DNA of 64,000 nt from Gammaproteobacteria bacterium. Its GTDB lineage: Bacteria > Pseudomonadota > Gammaproteobacteria > Ga0077536. A program made the translations under genes and the position numbers. Each line of letters begins with the position of its first letter. The stretch's first letter is position 1. The stretch is taken from positions 2,880,001-2,944,000 of the forward strand of contig CAXXLL010000003.1 of assembly GCA_963662545.2 (NCBI GenBank), given 5' to 3'. This document shows positions 52,754 to 63,069 of this stretch, piece by piece. The notes under the pieces are model-generated. The model was given only the letters and a program-made list of their open reading frames with translations. It ran no database searches and was not told the origin of the DNA.

Positions 52754-54156
52754 CTTCGGAGCAATTCGCGGCTGACGAATGGATCGACCGCCTCGCGGGC
52801 GCGCTTCCCGGCCTGGCCGAAGCGCAGGAACCTTTCTTGCGGGAATATTGGGAGCGGAATCCGCGTGTGCACGACGTGTTCGGCGGGCGAGACGGCACTC
52901 CGCCGGAATTCCCGCTCGGTGATCTGTGCGACCTCTACGCTATGGCGCGGCACAGCCACATCTTCAGCGGAGAGAAGTATTATGCGCCGCTCTGTAAGGT
53001 GCTGGACCCGGTGCGGCACATTCTGATTTCGCATCCCACGCTGGCGCGGGTCGTGGGCCCGCTCATCGGCCGGGACAACTTCTGGATGCAGATCCTCGAT
53101 ACCGGCGCCTCGACCTCCCCGACAAACATTATCGCGGGACTGATGGCGCGTGCCGCGGAGTTGTCCGGCGACCGTTTCCAGACGGCGGTAGGCGAACTGA
53201 ACGCGTTTCTCGCTCCTGTTGGGGAAGAAGGGTCGGCCGGCGTTCTGGGTGGGTTGGATATCGCATACGATGCGGTGCTGTTCTACGGTCTTACCCTGAG
53301 GGAAAGGATCGACGTCACAGACGGCATGGTGTTGCTTCCTTTCGAGCAGGTGCGGGCGTTCGTCGACGAGAACCAAGTGGAGGAACTCGCCGCGCCGGGC
53401 GCCGGATTCCACGGCTGGCGGTCGGTCGGGGCGGCGGTCAGACCGTTCCGATGGAGGCCGACGCTCCGCCGGACGGGCTACGAAGGGGAGCCTGAGCTCG
53501 GACCGCCGGGGCCGTTCTTCCGGGAGGCGCGGACCCTTCTGGATCTGCTTGCCGTGGCGCACGCGACTCCTGTGCTGCCTGTTGCGAGCTTGGCTCATTG
53601 CATAGACTGGTCTGCCGGACGGCTCCTCGGATGGACGGACCATCACGGTAGCTTCTACCCGGGCCGCTCGGCGCACGGCTTCGACGGGTTCGACGAGTCT
53701 CCGGAGCTGGCGCGGGAGGCGCTCGCGGAAGCGAAGGAAGCCTTTGAAAACCGAAAGAGCGAGCGCTTCGGCAACATGGCGCCGATCGTCGCACGGCTTG
53801 CCGAGGCGCTTGCGCGGAACGGAAGATTCGAGGGCGAAGTCAGGATCGTGGAAGTCGCGACCGCCCTGGAGCGCATGTACGACCTGCCTGAGGGAAAAAT
53901 TGCCCACACGTTGCGGAACAGGGTATCCCAGTATCTCGAATCCGACGCCGCAAGCCGGGAAAGGGTCAAGGAGAGCGTCAAGGAGTTTTACGACGCACGG
54001 TCGGATATCGTGCACAGCCGGGCGGACAAGGTGTCTGCGCAGGGAAACCATGCGGTTTTCGCCAAGGGCTTCGACGTCGCCAAGCGGTCGCTGTTCAAAC
54101 TCCTGCGCGAGGAGCCGCCAGATGATTGGAACGCTTTGGTGGTCGCCGGAAGCTGA
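52750..54156 (+). CDS. HEPN domain protein (Apea-like)
   Basis: ATG overlaps the upstream stop; TALERMY...LRNRVS...FYDARSDIVH. Confidence 0.75.
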   Translation: MTSEQFAADEWIDRLAGALPGLAEAQEPFLREYWERNPRVHDVFGGRDGTPPEFPLGDLCDLYAMARHSHIFSGEKYYAPLCKVLDPVRHILISHPTLARVVGPLIGRDNFWMQILDTGASTSPTNIIAGLMARAAELSGDRFQTAVGELNAFLAPVGEEGSAGVLGGLDIAYDAVLFYGLTLRERIDVTDGMVLLPFEQVRAFVDENQVEELAAPGAGFHGWRSVGAAVRPFRWRPTLRRTGYEGEPELGPPGPFFREARTLLDLLAVAHATPVLPVASLAHCIDWSAGRLLGWTDHHGSFYPGRSAHGFDGFDESPELAREALAEAKEAFENRKSERFGNMAPIVARLAEALARNGRFEGEVRIVEVATALERMYDLPEGKIAHTLRNRVSQYLESDAASRERVKESVKEFYDARSDIVHSRADKVSAQGNHAVFAKGFDVAKRSLFKLLREEPPDDWNALVVAGS

Positions 54157-54311
54157 CAGGCCGGGCGCAAGGGCCATGGCGGTATCGCTACGGGCGCGTG
54201 GGGTGTGCTCCCGTGCGTGACGGGGCGAAGACGGAGTCGGTGGGCAAGCGGTCGAGGTTTCTGACGATGGGCGGTTGACATGTCCGTCGTCGGGAAACTG
54301 GAAACAAAGAG

Positions 54312-57300
54312 TTATTGCGCATCCGCCAGCGATACCACGTTCGTTCCGGATCCCAGTACGTCTATCGCAACGTCAATCAGGTGTGGATGATGAGTGTAGA
54401 ACAACACCTGAGTCCGCTCGGCCAACCTTCCGAGAGCCTCGAAACCGGCTGCCGATCGCTCCGGATCGAAGTTGATGAACAAATCATCCGCCACGAACGG
54501 CAGTGCTGTGGCTCGGTCCAGATAGTCCTCTACCGCCGCGAGCCTGAGGGCCAGGAAGAGCTGGTCTTCCGTTCCGGTGCTGAGGCCGGGTATTGCCACT
54601 ACCTCACCGTCTGGCCGAATGCCGGTCAGCTGCATGTTATCGCGTTCATCGTACCCTATGGCCAGTTGCTCGAAGGAATTCCGCGTCAATAGTCGGAACA
54701 ATTCGCTGGCGCGCCGCAGCAGCGGTCCTTGCTTTTCTTTTCGGTAACGATCGATCACCCAACGCAGAAGCAAACCGGATGCGCGCACGCGCACATAGCT
54801 TTCCGCTGCGTCCTTCATGGCGGCCAACGCTTCTTCCCGGTCAGCAGCCGCTTTAGCTGCAGAATCGTCGCCAACGATTGCCTCAAACGCCTTCCTTGCC
54901 TCGGTGCGCGCCTCCACCGCCTGCTCCAACTGGTTGCGCAATACCTTCAGCTCGCCTTCGGCGGCTTCCTCACGGGCGTGAGTTTCGTCGATATCGGTAT
55001 CCCGGCATTCCTCTTCCAGAACATCGATGCCCAACCCGTCTCCCTGCTGACCCAGCGTCTGCATGACACTCGCCAACTCTCGATTCATCGCCCTCGACTG
55101 ATCCGATCGCCTGATTGCCGCGCGCAGGTCGTCAACGTCATTGGCGCCGGCCGTTTCCTTGATCAGTTGTACGACCATCCTGCTCTCCCTTCGGCCTTCC
55201 TCTAACTCATCGATTTGTTTCTGCCGGGCGGCCAACGATTCAGTCAATTCCTTGTGCTGTCTCTGTAGTTCCAGTGCCCGATCCCGTCGGTGGGCCAACG
55301 CCAGAACGGCAGTATCGGCGTCCTCGTCCACTAGGTCCGGAGCCAGTTCCGGTAGAACGTCCGCCACACCCAGCTCGTATGCCGTAATGTCCTGTTCGAT
55401 AGCGCCAATGCGCTGCTCTCGGATATCCCTGGCTGTCGCCGAACGCTCCCTCATTTGCTCGATCACATTGATCTGCGCGCTCACCGCTGTCGGCCCGTCT
55501 TCCTCGTGAAGGCCTAGGTCGCCGATGGCCGCAGCCCATTCCGTTCGCCAAGTCTGCCGGTTTGCTTGGGCTTCTTGCGATTTGCCTTGCCACCGCGACA
55601 GATCGATCTCCGCCTCTTGCACGGCTTCCCGCATTTCATTGATCCGTTCCGCTTTCGCTTCCTGTTCCCGACGGAATCCTTCGGCCCTCTCGACCATCAC
55701 CCGCAACGTGTCTGCCCTTGTTTCTTCGGTATCCCAGCCCAGCGAATTCAGTTCGCCTTGGACCAGCGCAATCGCCCTCGTCTCCTCGCTTTTGTAATCA
55801 GTGAGTCGGCGTTGCGCCTCACGCCGACGCCGAATCAGCGTCGAGATATCATTGCGCGTATTAAGCCATGCCAGCATGGCATCGGGCGATGGAACTTCGA
55901 TCGGCACATCTTTCCAAATAGACCGCCAAGCCTGGCCCAGTTGCTTCCCTTCGCTCATCAGAGCAGCGTTCTTCGCTTCCAGCTGCTCAATCAAGGTTTC
56001 CTGCTCGGCGATGTTGCGCGCCAACACGGCCAGTTCGCCCGCTGCCTGGGCGTTATCGAATCGCCGGTCGGCTACGCCGTCGGCCTGTCCGACGGCAGCC
56101 TCAAACGATGCGGGTAGATCGTCCAACATGTCCGCATGGGCCTGCGCTTCTTCTTCCGGTATCTCTCGACTCTGGACATAACGGACCTTGACCAACTCCC
56201 AAAGGATGTCCCGTTCAGCGCGAGCCTCTTCTAACGCCCTTGGCGCTATGGCGCCTTCATCGTTCACTCGCCGTTCATACGCCTTCCGGTCCCGGTCCAA
56301 AGCGTTGCGCGCATCGGCCAATCGCTGAGTCAGGTCGCGTCGGCGTTCACGCCAGTCGCGGGCTTCATCGCGTTGGGTGACGACGGTGTCTTGCGGCGGT
56401 ACCGCCAACGCTTCAATGTCGGCACCATCCGGCAAGGAGGGATTCAGAGCCTGCATCATCCGCTCAATCTGTTCGGTCTCCTTATCAACTTGACCTCGTG
56501 CCTCGCGGATTCGGACCGCCACGTCGCCGCTGTCGTGAACGGCACTTAATACGGCTTTCAGTTTGGACACATCGGATGCTTGGCCCATCTCGTTCAGAAG
56601 TGCTCTCTTCTGTTCCAACGCAACCCGTGCTTCTTCGAGTGCCGTATGGGTGGAATGAATCACCGCCGCAATTTCTTTGTCTTGCACCAGCAAAAGCTGG
56701 ACCCGCTCAATCTTGCTCCTGGACGGTACCCGTTCAATCAGCTCACCCGGATCCATGACGTGCCAGCCGATCTCGGTGGCGAATTTAGAAAGCTCGCTTA
56801 GCTCACGTTCATATTCATTGCGCCTCTTGGGCAGGTCATTTCTGCCCCTACGGACACCGATGCGTTGCTCATTGAGTTGTGTGATGTCGCCCGTGCGCCT
56901 GACCAGCGCATCGTCGAAGGCCAGCCCTTCCAGATCCCGACGCGTCTGTTCGACATCGGATGTAAGAAGCTCGAGCTTTGCCCTGGTCTCGGCTTCCCGG
57001 CTCTCGGCTGAGGCAAGTTGCGCGCCGGCGTCCTCGGCCAATGCGACAACGTCACCCACCGCGGCGATGTCATGTTCCAGTTCACCTCGGTGCCGGATCG
57101 CCGCATACACGCGGCGTATACGGGCGAGTTTCTTCAACTCGACAGATGTTGCCTCGCACTCATTGCGCCGCAGCTCGTGCGCTTTCTCCGCGTTCCTGAG
57201 CGCCTTGCGCGCCGCCCGCCAAGCATTGGCGGACAGGGAATGATTGCGCTGCCTTGATTTGGCATCTTCCAACCGGGATTCCGCCTGATAATACAGGCGT

Positions 57301-57842
57301 TGCGCCGATCTGTGGGGGCTCCAAAGCCCATCAGCCTCCTCCTCCAGTCGTTTCAACTGATTCCGAAGACCGGTTAAACCGGTGCCGGCCGAAAACAACA
57401 TCTGACCCACATCGTCTTTGGCCTCGGCGATCAGCTTTCCGCCTTCCGCCAGCCTGTCGTGGCTGAGGTTGAACATTCGCTCGAAGTAATCCCGATGCAT
57501 TCCTCCAAGGAACGGTGCCAGCGATCCTTCACCGCCGGGCAACGGAGTTCCGTCGGGACCCAGGATTATGTCCCTTCGGCCCTTGCGCCGCTGAAACTCC
57601 AAGCGATCGTCACCACTCTCGAGGATCGCGCCGATGAGCATGGAGGCGTAGCTGTGCCGAAAATCGTAAGGCGTGCGTTCCGGGATACCGAACAGCAGGT
57701 CTTCGATGGCCGTCAGTGATGTTGTTTTGCCGGCTTCGTTGGGACCGAACACAATGTGCAAATCACGCTCACCCTGCGGCAACTCGATGGATTTGTCCGT
57801 GAACCGGCCGTAGCGCATGAGGTCGAGGCGGGCTAGACGCAC
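54312..57842 (-). CDS. YhaN-family SMC-like ATPase (AAA_27)
   Basis: YGRFTD, GPNEAGKTT, long coiled coil, LSTGTEDQLFLALRLA, ADDLFINFD, FYTHH. Confidence 0.92.
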   Translation of the reverse strand: MRLARLDLMRYGRFTDKSIELPQGERDLHIVFGPNEAGKTTSLTAIEDLLFGIPERTPYDFRHSYASMLIGAILESGDDRLEFQRRKGRRDIILGPDGTPLPGGEGSLAPFLGGMHRDYFERMFNLSHDRLAEGGKLIAEAKDDVGQMLFSAGTGLTGLRNQLKRLEEEADGLWSPHRSAQRLYYQAESRLEDAKSRQRNHSLSANAWRAARKALRNAEKAHELRRNECEATSVELKKLARIRRVYAAIRHRGELEHDIAAVGDVVALAEDAGAQLASAESREAETRAKLELLTSDVEQTRRDLEGLAFDDALVRRTGDITQLNEQRIGVRRGRNDLPKRRNEYERELSELSKFATEIGWHVMDPGELIERVPSRSKIERVQLLLVQDKEIAAVIHSTHTALEEARVALEQKRALLNEMGQASDVSKLKAVLSAVHDSGDVAVRIREARGQVDKETEQIERMMQALNPSLPDGADIEALAVPPQDTVVTQRDEARDWRERRRDLTQRLADARNALDRDRKAYERRVNDEGAIAPRALEEARAERDILWELVKVRYVQSREIPEEEAQAHADMLDDLPASFEAAVGQADGVADRRFDNAQAAGELAVLARNIAEQETLIEQLEAKNAALMSEGKQLGQAWRSIWKDVPIEVPSPDAMLAWLNTRNDISTLIRRRREAQRRLTDYKSEETRAIALVQGELNSLGWDTEETRADTLRVMVERAEGFRREQEAKAERINEMREAVQEAEIDLSRWQGKSQEAQANRQTWRTEWAAAIGDLGLHEEDGPTAVSAQINVIEQMRERSATARDIREQRIGAIEQDITAYELGVADVLPELAPDLVDEDADTAVLALAHRRDRALELQRQHKELTESLAARQKQIDELEEGRRESRMVVQLIKETAGANDVDDLRAAIRRSDQSRAMNRELASVMQTLGQQGDGLGIDVLEEECRDTDIDETHAREEAAEGELKVLRNQLEQAVEARTEARKAFEAIVGDDSAAKAAADREEALAAMKDAAESYVRVRASGLLLRWVIDRYRKEKQGPLLRRASELFRLLTRNSFEQLAIGYDERDNMQLTGIRPDGEVVAIPGLSTGTEDQLFLALRLAAVEDYLDRATALPFVADDLFINFDPERSAAGFEALGRLAERTQVLFYTHHPHLIDVAIDVLGSGTNVVSLADAQ

Positions 57843-57845
57843 GGC

Positions 57846-59123
57846 TCAACTGCCACCGACGGTCAAGCGAGCGTTGAGGTAGGGTGTGACACGCTCTACG
57901 AGGCCGGCAAAGTCTCCCGCAGCGGCGGCCAGAAAGACCTCGTCCTCGGATGTGTCCCTCAACTCGTGCGGCAAGCGGCGGATCAACTCGCCGATATCCC
58001 GCTGCAACTCCGTAAGCAATTCGCTGTCGGATCCGGCCTCTCCGAGCATGTACTGAAGGTCGCCGAAGGTATCCGCCCACGCGGCCGACTCTGTGCTATC
58101 CGCTACCGGCGACGTCCACACCGTGACCCGCTCCGTCCAGGCGACATCCTCGCCCAGACCTAGTGCCGCGGAACGCGCTTCGGCCGTCAGTTCTTGGGCG
58201 CTTGCTATCAGCTGATTGTGAAGCGGTGTCTGGCCCTGCAGCAGGATCCGGGCTGCCAGCAACCGCCCATCGGCTTCATGCGCCTCTTGCGCCAGAGCGT
58301 CACGCATCAGATTAATGACGTCACCCATATTGCCTGCCGCAGTCACGTCTACGTCCATAACCGACCAACGGACCACATCCAGTTCGAGCGGAGCGAAAGC
58401 GACAACTTCACCTTCTTCGACTGTGACGAGAAAGGCGCCTTTGGGTCCTGTCTCACGGACATGACGTCCTTGAAGATTGCCAGGAAACACGATATGGGGA
58501 CGCTCATTGAGCACACGTTTTTGGTGTACATGGCCAAGCGCCCAATAGTCGTATCCCTTCGCCAACAGTTCCGGCACGCTGCACGGCGCATAGTTGGCGT
58601 GTTCTCCCATCCCGCCCAGTGCTGTGTGTAGAACCCCGATGTTGAACGCACCCGCGATCGGCTTGGGGTAGTCCGGCACCAGATTGTCGGTCACAGCCCT
58701 CTCACGGAAGCTTTGACCATGCAGCGCCACGTTCAGCTCTTCGATTTGGAATGTTTCCGCTTTCCGCGTACCGAAAACGCTGACATTTCCCGGAAGCGCG
58801 AGCGGCTTGGTGATCTGGCTTTCCGCATCGTGATTGCCATGCAAAAGGTAGACGGGAATCCGCGCCTGATTGAGCCGCCCCATCTGCTCGGCAAAGAACA
58901 GTCCGGTCTTGTAGTCCCGCCAAGTTCCGTCATAGAGATCACCGGCGATTACGAGAAAATTGACCTCGTCCTCGATCGCCCGTTCGACCAATGCCTCAAA
59001 GGCGGCGCGTGGGGCCGACCGGATACGCTCGGCGACCCTGCCTTCCGCGCCGGCCAGCCCGATCAGAGGACTGTCGAGATGAATATCGGCGGCATGCAAG
59101 AATTGGAATACGCTCGATACCAT
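57846..59123 (-). CDS. YhaO/SbcD-like metallophosphoesterase nuclease
   Basis: HAADIHLD, AGDLYD, GNHD, ALGHVH, FPGNLQGR. Confidence 0.93.
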   Translation of the reverse strand: MVSSVFQFLHAADIHLDSPLIGLAGAEGRVAERIRSAPRAAFEALVERAIEDEVNFLVIAGDLYDGTWRDYKTGLFFAEQMGRLNQARIPVYLLHGNHDAESQITKPLALPGNVSVFGTRKAETFQIEELNVALHGQSFRERAVTDNLVPDYPKPIAGAFNIGVLHTALGGMGEHANYAPCSVPELLAKGYDYWALGHVHQKRVLNERPHIVFPGNLQGRHVRETGPKGAFLVTVEEGEVVAFAPLELDVVRWSVMDVDVTAAGNMGDVINLMRDALAQEAHEADGRLLAARILLQGQTPLHNQLIASAQELTAEARSAALGLGEDVAWTERVTVWTSPVADSTESAAWADTFGDLQYMLGEAGSDSELLTELQRDIGELIRRLPHELRDTSEDEVFLAAAAGDFAGLVERVTPYLNARLTVGGS

Positions 59124-59301
59124 TGTCTCTCCTCGTTCCGTAGCAATTCACCTAAGACGCAAATTCGTTTGCTTACTTGGCCGCGTCCAGATTCTGATCG
59201 ATGCTGTCGCCGGTTCGAGTGGTATAAGCTTAACCCGCATCCGTCACCGATTCCCCATTTGTAAATCCTAGAGAGAAACTGGACCGCGGAATCCGCTGGA
59301 T

Positions 59302-59752
59302 GGCATTGTCAGAGTAAATCGGCTTGAGCGGGGAAGGGGAGTTCCGTAGCCTCAAGCGATGCGAAATCCCCTCCGTTACTTCAACAGTTCTCCCGAGGTC
59401 ATTCGCCTCGCGGTGATGTTGCACATCCGCTATCCGCTTTCGTTGCGCCAAGTTGAAGACATTCTGTTCGAACGTGGCATCGACATTTGTTATGAGACGG
59501 TGCGGTACGGGGGAAACTGGTTGGCTTCGCTGTTTACAGCCGAGATCCAAAAATAGTGCGTTCATCATCGATCCCATGTGAGTTTGCGCTGGCATCGTGA
59601 TGAGGTGTTTGCCCGCATCAAGGGGAAGACGGCGGGATCGCAAGGCTGCACTAAAGTTTCTGAAACGCGCTATGAAGCGTTATGGGGGGCCGACTTCCAA
59701 AACCCTGAAAGACATGTTCCTTTCACTCAATGTCGTTTCCTCTGACAATGCC
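59302..59752 (+). mobile_element. degenerate IS6 composite bounded by two left ends
   Basis: Left IR plus decayed 5' transposase; 59700-59752 resembles the inverted left end of the 37698-38502 copy. Confidence 0.75.
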
Positions 59753-59754
59753 CC

Positions 59755-60174
59755 TTGGTGAATGACCGCGTGCCGATCAAGCATGGAAGACCGGGGATCA
59801 TTCGACGCTGGAAGTTCCGGGCGCTGGCGCTGCTGTGGCTGCCGGCGGGGCTGGTGGCGGTCGCGGCCGGCAGGTTCGCCGGGGACGGTGGATCAGCGGC
59901 GGAGCTGGCCATGAGGCTGCTGATGGTGCCGATGATGGTAGTGTCGCTGGTTCCGGTCGCGCCGTGCGGACTGCCGCTTGCGCTCGGATGCCGCCGGTTG
60001 TGGCGGTTGGGTTATCGGCGCACAGCCTGGACGGTGGGGATTGGGCTCGGCGCCGCCACGGTGGTGGCGTCGCTGGTCGCGGGACTGCTCGGTCCGGTCG
60101 CGATCGCGGTCTATGCGGCGGTGCTCAGCGTGCCTGTGTGGATCGCGTGGTACTGGCTCGTGCGGCGGGGATGA
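59755..60174 (+). CDS. hypothetical membrane protein
   Basis: Four hydrophobic segments; start uncertain. Confidence 0.55.
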   Translation: MVNDRVPIKHGRPGIIRRWKFRALALLWLPAGLVAVAAGRFAGDGGSAAELAMRLLMVPMMVVSLVPVAPCGLPLALGCRRLWRLGYRRTAWTVGIGLGAATVVASLVAGLLGPVAIAVYAAVLSVPVWIAWYWLVRRG

Positions 60175-60339
60175 AGGGGTCGGTCGGCTAGCCGGCTACG
60201 CAGCATGTGAGTGGGATAGAAGGGGAGAGGTGAGGCATGACAGTGGGGCAATGCCGACGGGAATCTCGGGGAGCGTAGGTAGATATTCGAATCAAACCTG
60301 TGACGTTTTGTGCGTGATACTTCTCTGATCGCCCATCTC

Positions 60340-60499
60340 AATTCCCTGTTCGTGGGCAGCAGGGAATTTCCGGCTAACCCTCTGGAATCCTAAGCGTTTT
60401 TGCATGGCAAGCGGCCCGATCATCGCCAGATTTGGATAATTTTCCTGTTTTCCCCTGTTATAGCAGGGAATTGCCTGCAGAGACGGGTTCGCACCAGAC
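60340..60499. other. paired TTCCCTG...CAGGGAA inverted repeats and GAGACGGGTTCGC motif, possible element end/att region
   Basis: AATTCCCTGTT/AGCAGGGAATT at 60340-60368 and TTCCCCTGTTATAGCAGGGAA at 60450-60470. Confidence 0.45.
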
Positions 60500-61748
60500 T
60501 GGAGTTGCCCCGTTTCCGTGGACGGTATAGCGCTTGGGTTTCAAGCAGCCTGTTGATAATTATTTTCATAGTTTAGCGGTGATTGCTGACCGAGGGATGA
60601 GTGACGACGGTGCGGGTTGTACCAGCCTTCGATGAACTCGAAGATCGCCATCTTCGCTTCGGCCTGCGTCTTGAAACTGTGGCGGTCGATGAGTTCGCAT
60701 TCGAGCGTCGCGAAGAAGCTCTCGGCCATCGCGTTATCGTAGCAATCGCCGACCGATCCCATCGACGGTTGTACACCCATTAACCGGCAGCGCTTGCCGA
60801 AGGCGAACGAAGTGTACTGACAGCCCTGGTCACTGTGATGGATCACATTCTTCGGTCGACGCTGCCATAGCGCCATATTGAGCGCCTCGAGCACGAGCTC
60901 AGTGCGCAGATGCGTCGCCATCGACCAGCCTACGACGCGCCGACTGAATGCATCGACGACAACCGCCAGATACACGAACCCCGCCCACGTCGGCACGTAG
61001 GTCACGTCAGCAACCCACAGTGCGTCCGGCCGCGAAGCCACGAAGTGACGCTCGACCAGATCCGGCGCCGGGTGGGCATCGTGATCGCGGCGTGTCGTGC
61101 GCGTCCTTTTGCGTCGACTCACCCCGGCCAAACCCAATTCACGCAGCAGCCTGGCGACGCGCTTGCGACCCACGTGCGCCCCCTCATCCGCGAGCTCGGC
61201 GTGAATACGCGGTGCCCCATAGGTGCCTCGACTCCAGCTGTGGATGGCCTGGATACGTGCCTTGAGTTGCGCGTCGCGCTTCGACCGCGCTGAGGGTTCA
61301 CGTGTCCGACACGCGTAGTAGCCACTCGGGGAGACACCGAGTAGCCGGCACATCGGCGCGATCCGGTAGGTGGCCTGATTCACTTTCATGAACTCGAAGA
61401 TTTCCTCGAATCGGTCTCCCGAGCGAACCAGGCCGTGGCTTTTGAAAGGATCTCCCGTTCCTCACGTAGCCGCCGATTCTCCCGACGCAGACGCCGCAGT
61501 TCTTCGCGTTCGACGGTGGTCAGACCGTCGTTGCGGCGACCTTCATCACGGTCGGCCTGCGCGACCCAGTTGCGTACGGTCTGTGCGGTCGGCTCAAACT
61601 CGCGTGCCAGGTCTTCCGGGCTGCGGCCCGCCCGTACCAGTTCGATCATCTGTTGCCGGAAGGCCGGTGGATAGGCAGTTCGTGTTTTGGGCATCGTGGA
61701 ATCCTCCTTCTAAAAGGGTCAGGTATCCACGAAAGCGGGTCAACTCCA
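60500..61748 (-). mobile_element. IS3-family element, orfA 61386-61694 and orfB 60541-61389
   Basis: IR TGGAGTTG(C/A)CCCG; GAC on both sides; WVADVTY, HHSDQG, DNAMAESFF, WYNPHRRHS. Confidence 0.93.
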
Positions 61749-61751
61749 GAC

Positions 61752-63069
61752 AGAGCCCGGTAAAGGCCGCAAGCAGCGCCGTAATCTGCGGCAGATGTAC
61801 GGTGACCTGGTCGCATTGGGTTACCGGGGCTCCTACGATCGGGTAGCTGCTTTTGCGCGAGACTGGCGTCGCCGGCAACGGGAAGTGGCCCGGATTGCTG
61901 GCGGTGGTACGTTCGTAGCGTTGGTATTTGCGCCGGGCGAGGCGTTCCAATTCGACTGGAGCGAGGATTGGGCTGTGATCGGCGGCGAGCGTATGAAGCT
62001 CAAGGTCGCGCACTTCAAGTTGGCCCATAGTCGGGCGTTTGTCCTGCGCGCCTACCGACAGGAAACCCACGAGATGTTGTTCGATGCGCACAATCATGCG
62101 CTGCCGGTCTTGGGCGGAGTACCGGCCCGGGGCTTGTACGACAACATGAAGACTGCGGTCGATAAGATTGGCCGCGGCAAAGCGCGAACGGTCAACGCGC
62201 GCTTCATCGCCATGGCCAGTCATTACCTGTTCGAGCCGACGTTCTGCAATCCGGCGTCGGGCTGGGAGAAGGGCCAGGTCGAGAAGAACGGACAGGATGC
62301 ACGGCGTCGGGTGTGGCAGGACGTGCCGGCGTTTGCGCGTCTGGCGGCGCTGAATGACTGGCTAGAACAACGTTGTGTGGCGCTGTGGCACGCGATAAAA
62401 CACCCCGAGCAGAAAGATCGCACGAGAGCCGAGGTGTGGGCTGACGAGCAGCCCCACTTGATGCTGCTGCCGCCACCCTTCGACGGCTTTGTCGAACACA
62501 CCAAGCGCGTTTCACCGACCTGCCTGCTTGCGTTCGAGCGTGACCGCTACAGCGTGCCGTCGCCGTTCGCTAATCGGCCGGTCACTCTGCGTGTTTACGC
62601 TGATCGGCTGATCGTGGTGGCTGAAGGCGAGGTCATCGCCGAGCATGCGCGGTTGATGGCGCAGAGCCACGACCGCCCAGGCCGCACGGTGTACGACTGG
62701 CGGCATTATCTCGCCATCGTACAGCGCAAGCCCGGTGCCCTACGCAACGGTGCACCGTTTGCCGAGTTGCCGGAAGCCTTCAAACGCCGGCAGTCGATTG
62801 TGGTTAAGCGGCCCGGTGGTGATCGCGAGATGGCCGAGGTCCTGGCTTTGGTATTGCATCATGACGAGCAAGCGGTGTTGTGCGCGGTCGAACTTGCGCT
62901 CGACGCCGAGGGCGTCTCCAAGCAACACGTTCTGAACGTATTAGCGCGTCTGCTCGAGCCGGCATTACCTGCGCCAATCGATACCCCAGGGCACCTGGCG
63001 TTAGAAGCTGAGCCAGTCGCCAACGTTAGCCGTTACGACGGTTTACGGGAGGTGGACCATGCATCCTGA
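61752..63069 (+). pseudogene. istA: IS21 transposase, 5'-truncated
   Basis: FQFDWSE, YDNMKTAV, WEKGQVE; N-terminus missing at the IS3 junction. Confidence 0.88.

Noticed and set aside
52738-54177. 479-aa minus-strand ORF
   Set aside because: Mirror of the HEPN gene, which has the motifs and a coupled start
60480-60499. tRNA gene suggested by GGTTCG
   Set aside because: No cloverleaf or acceptor stem can be built
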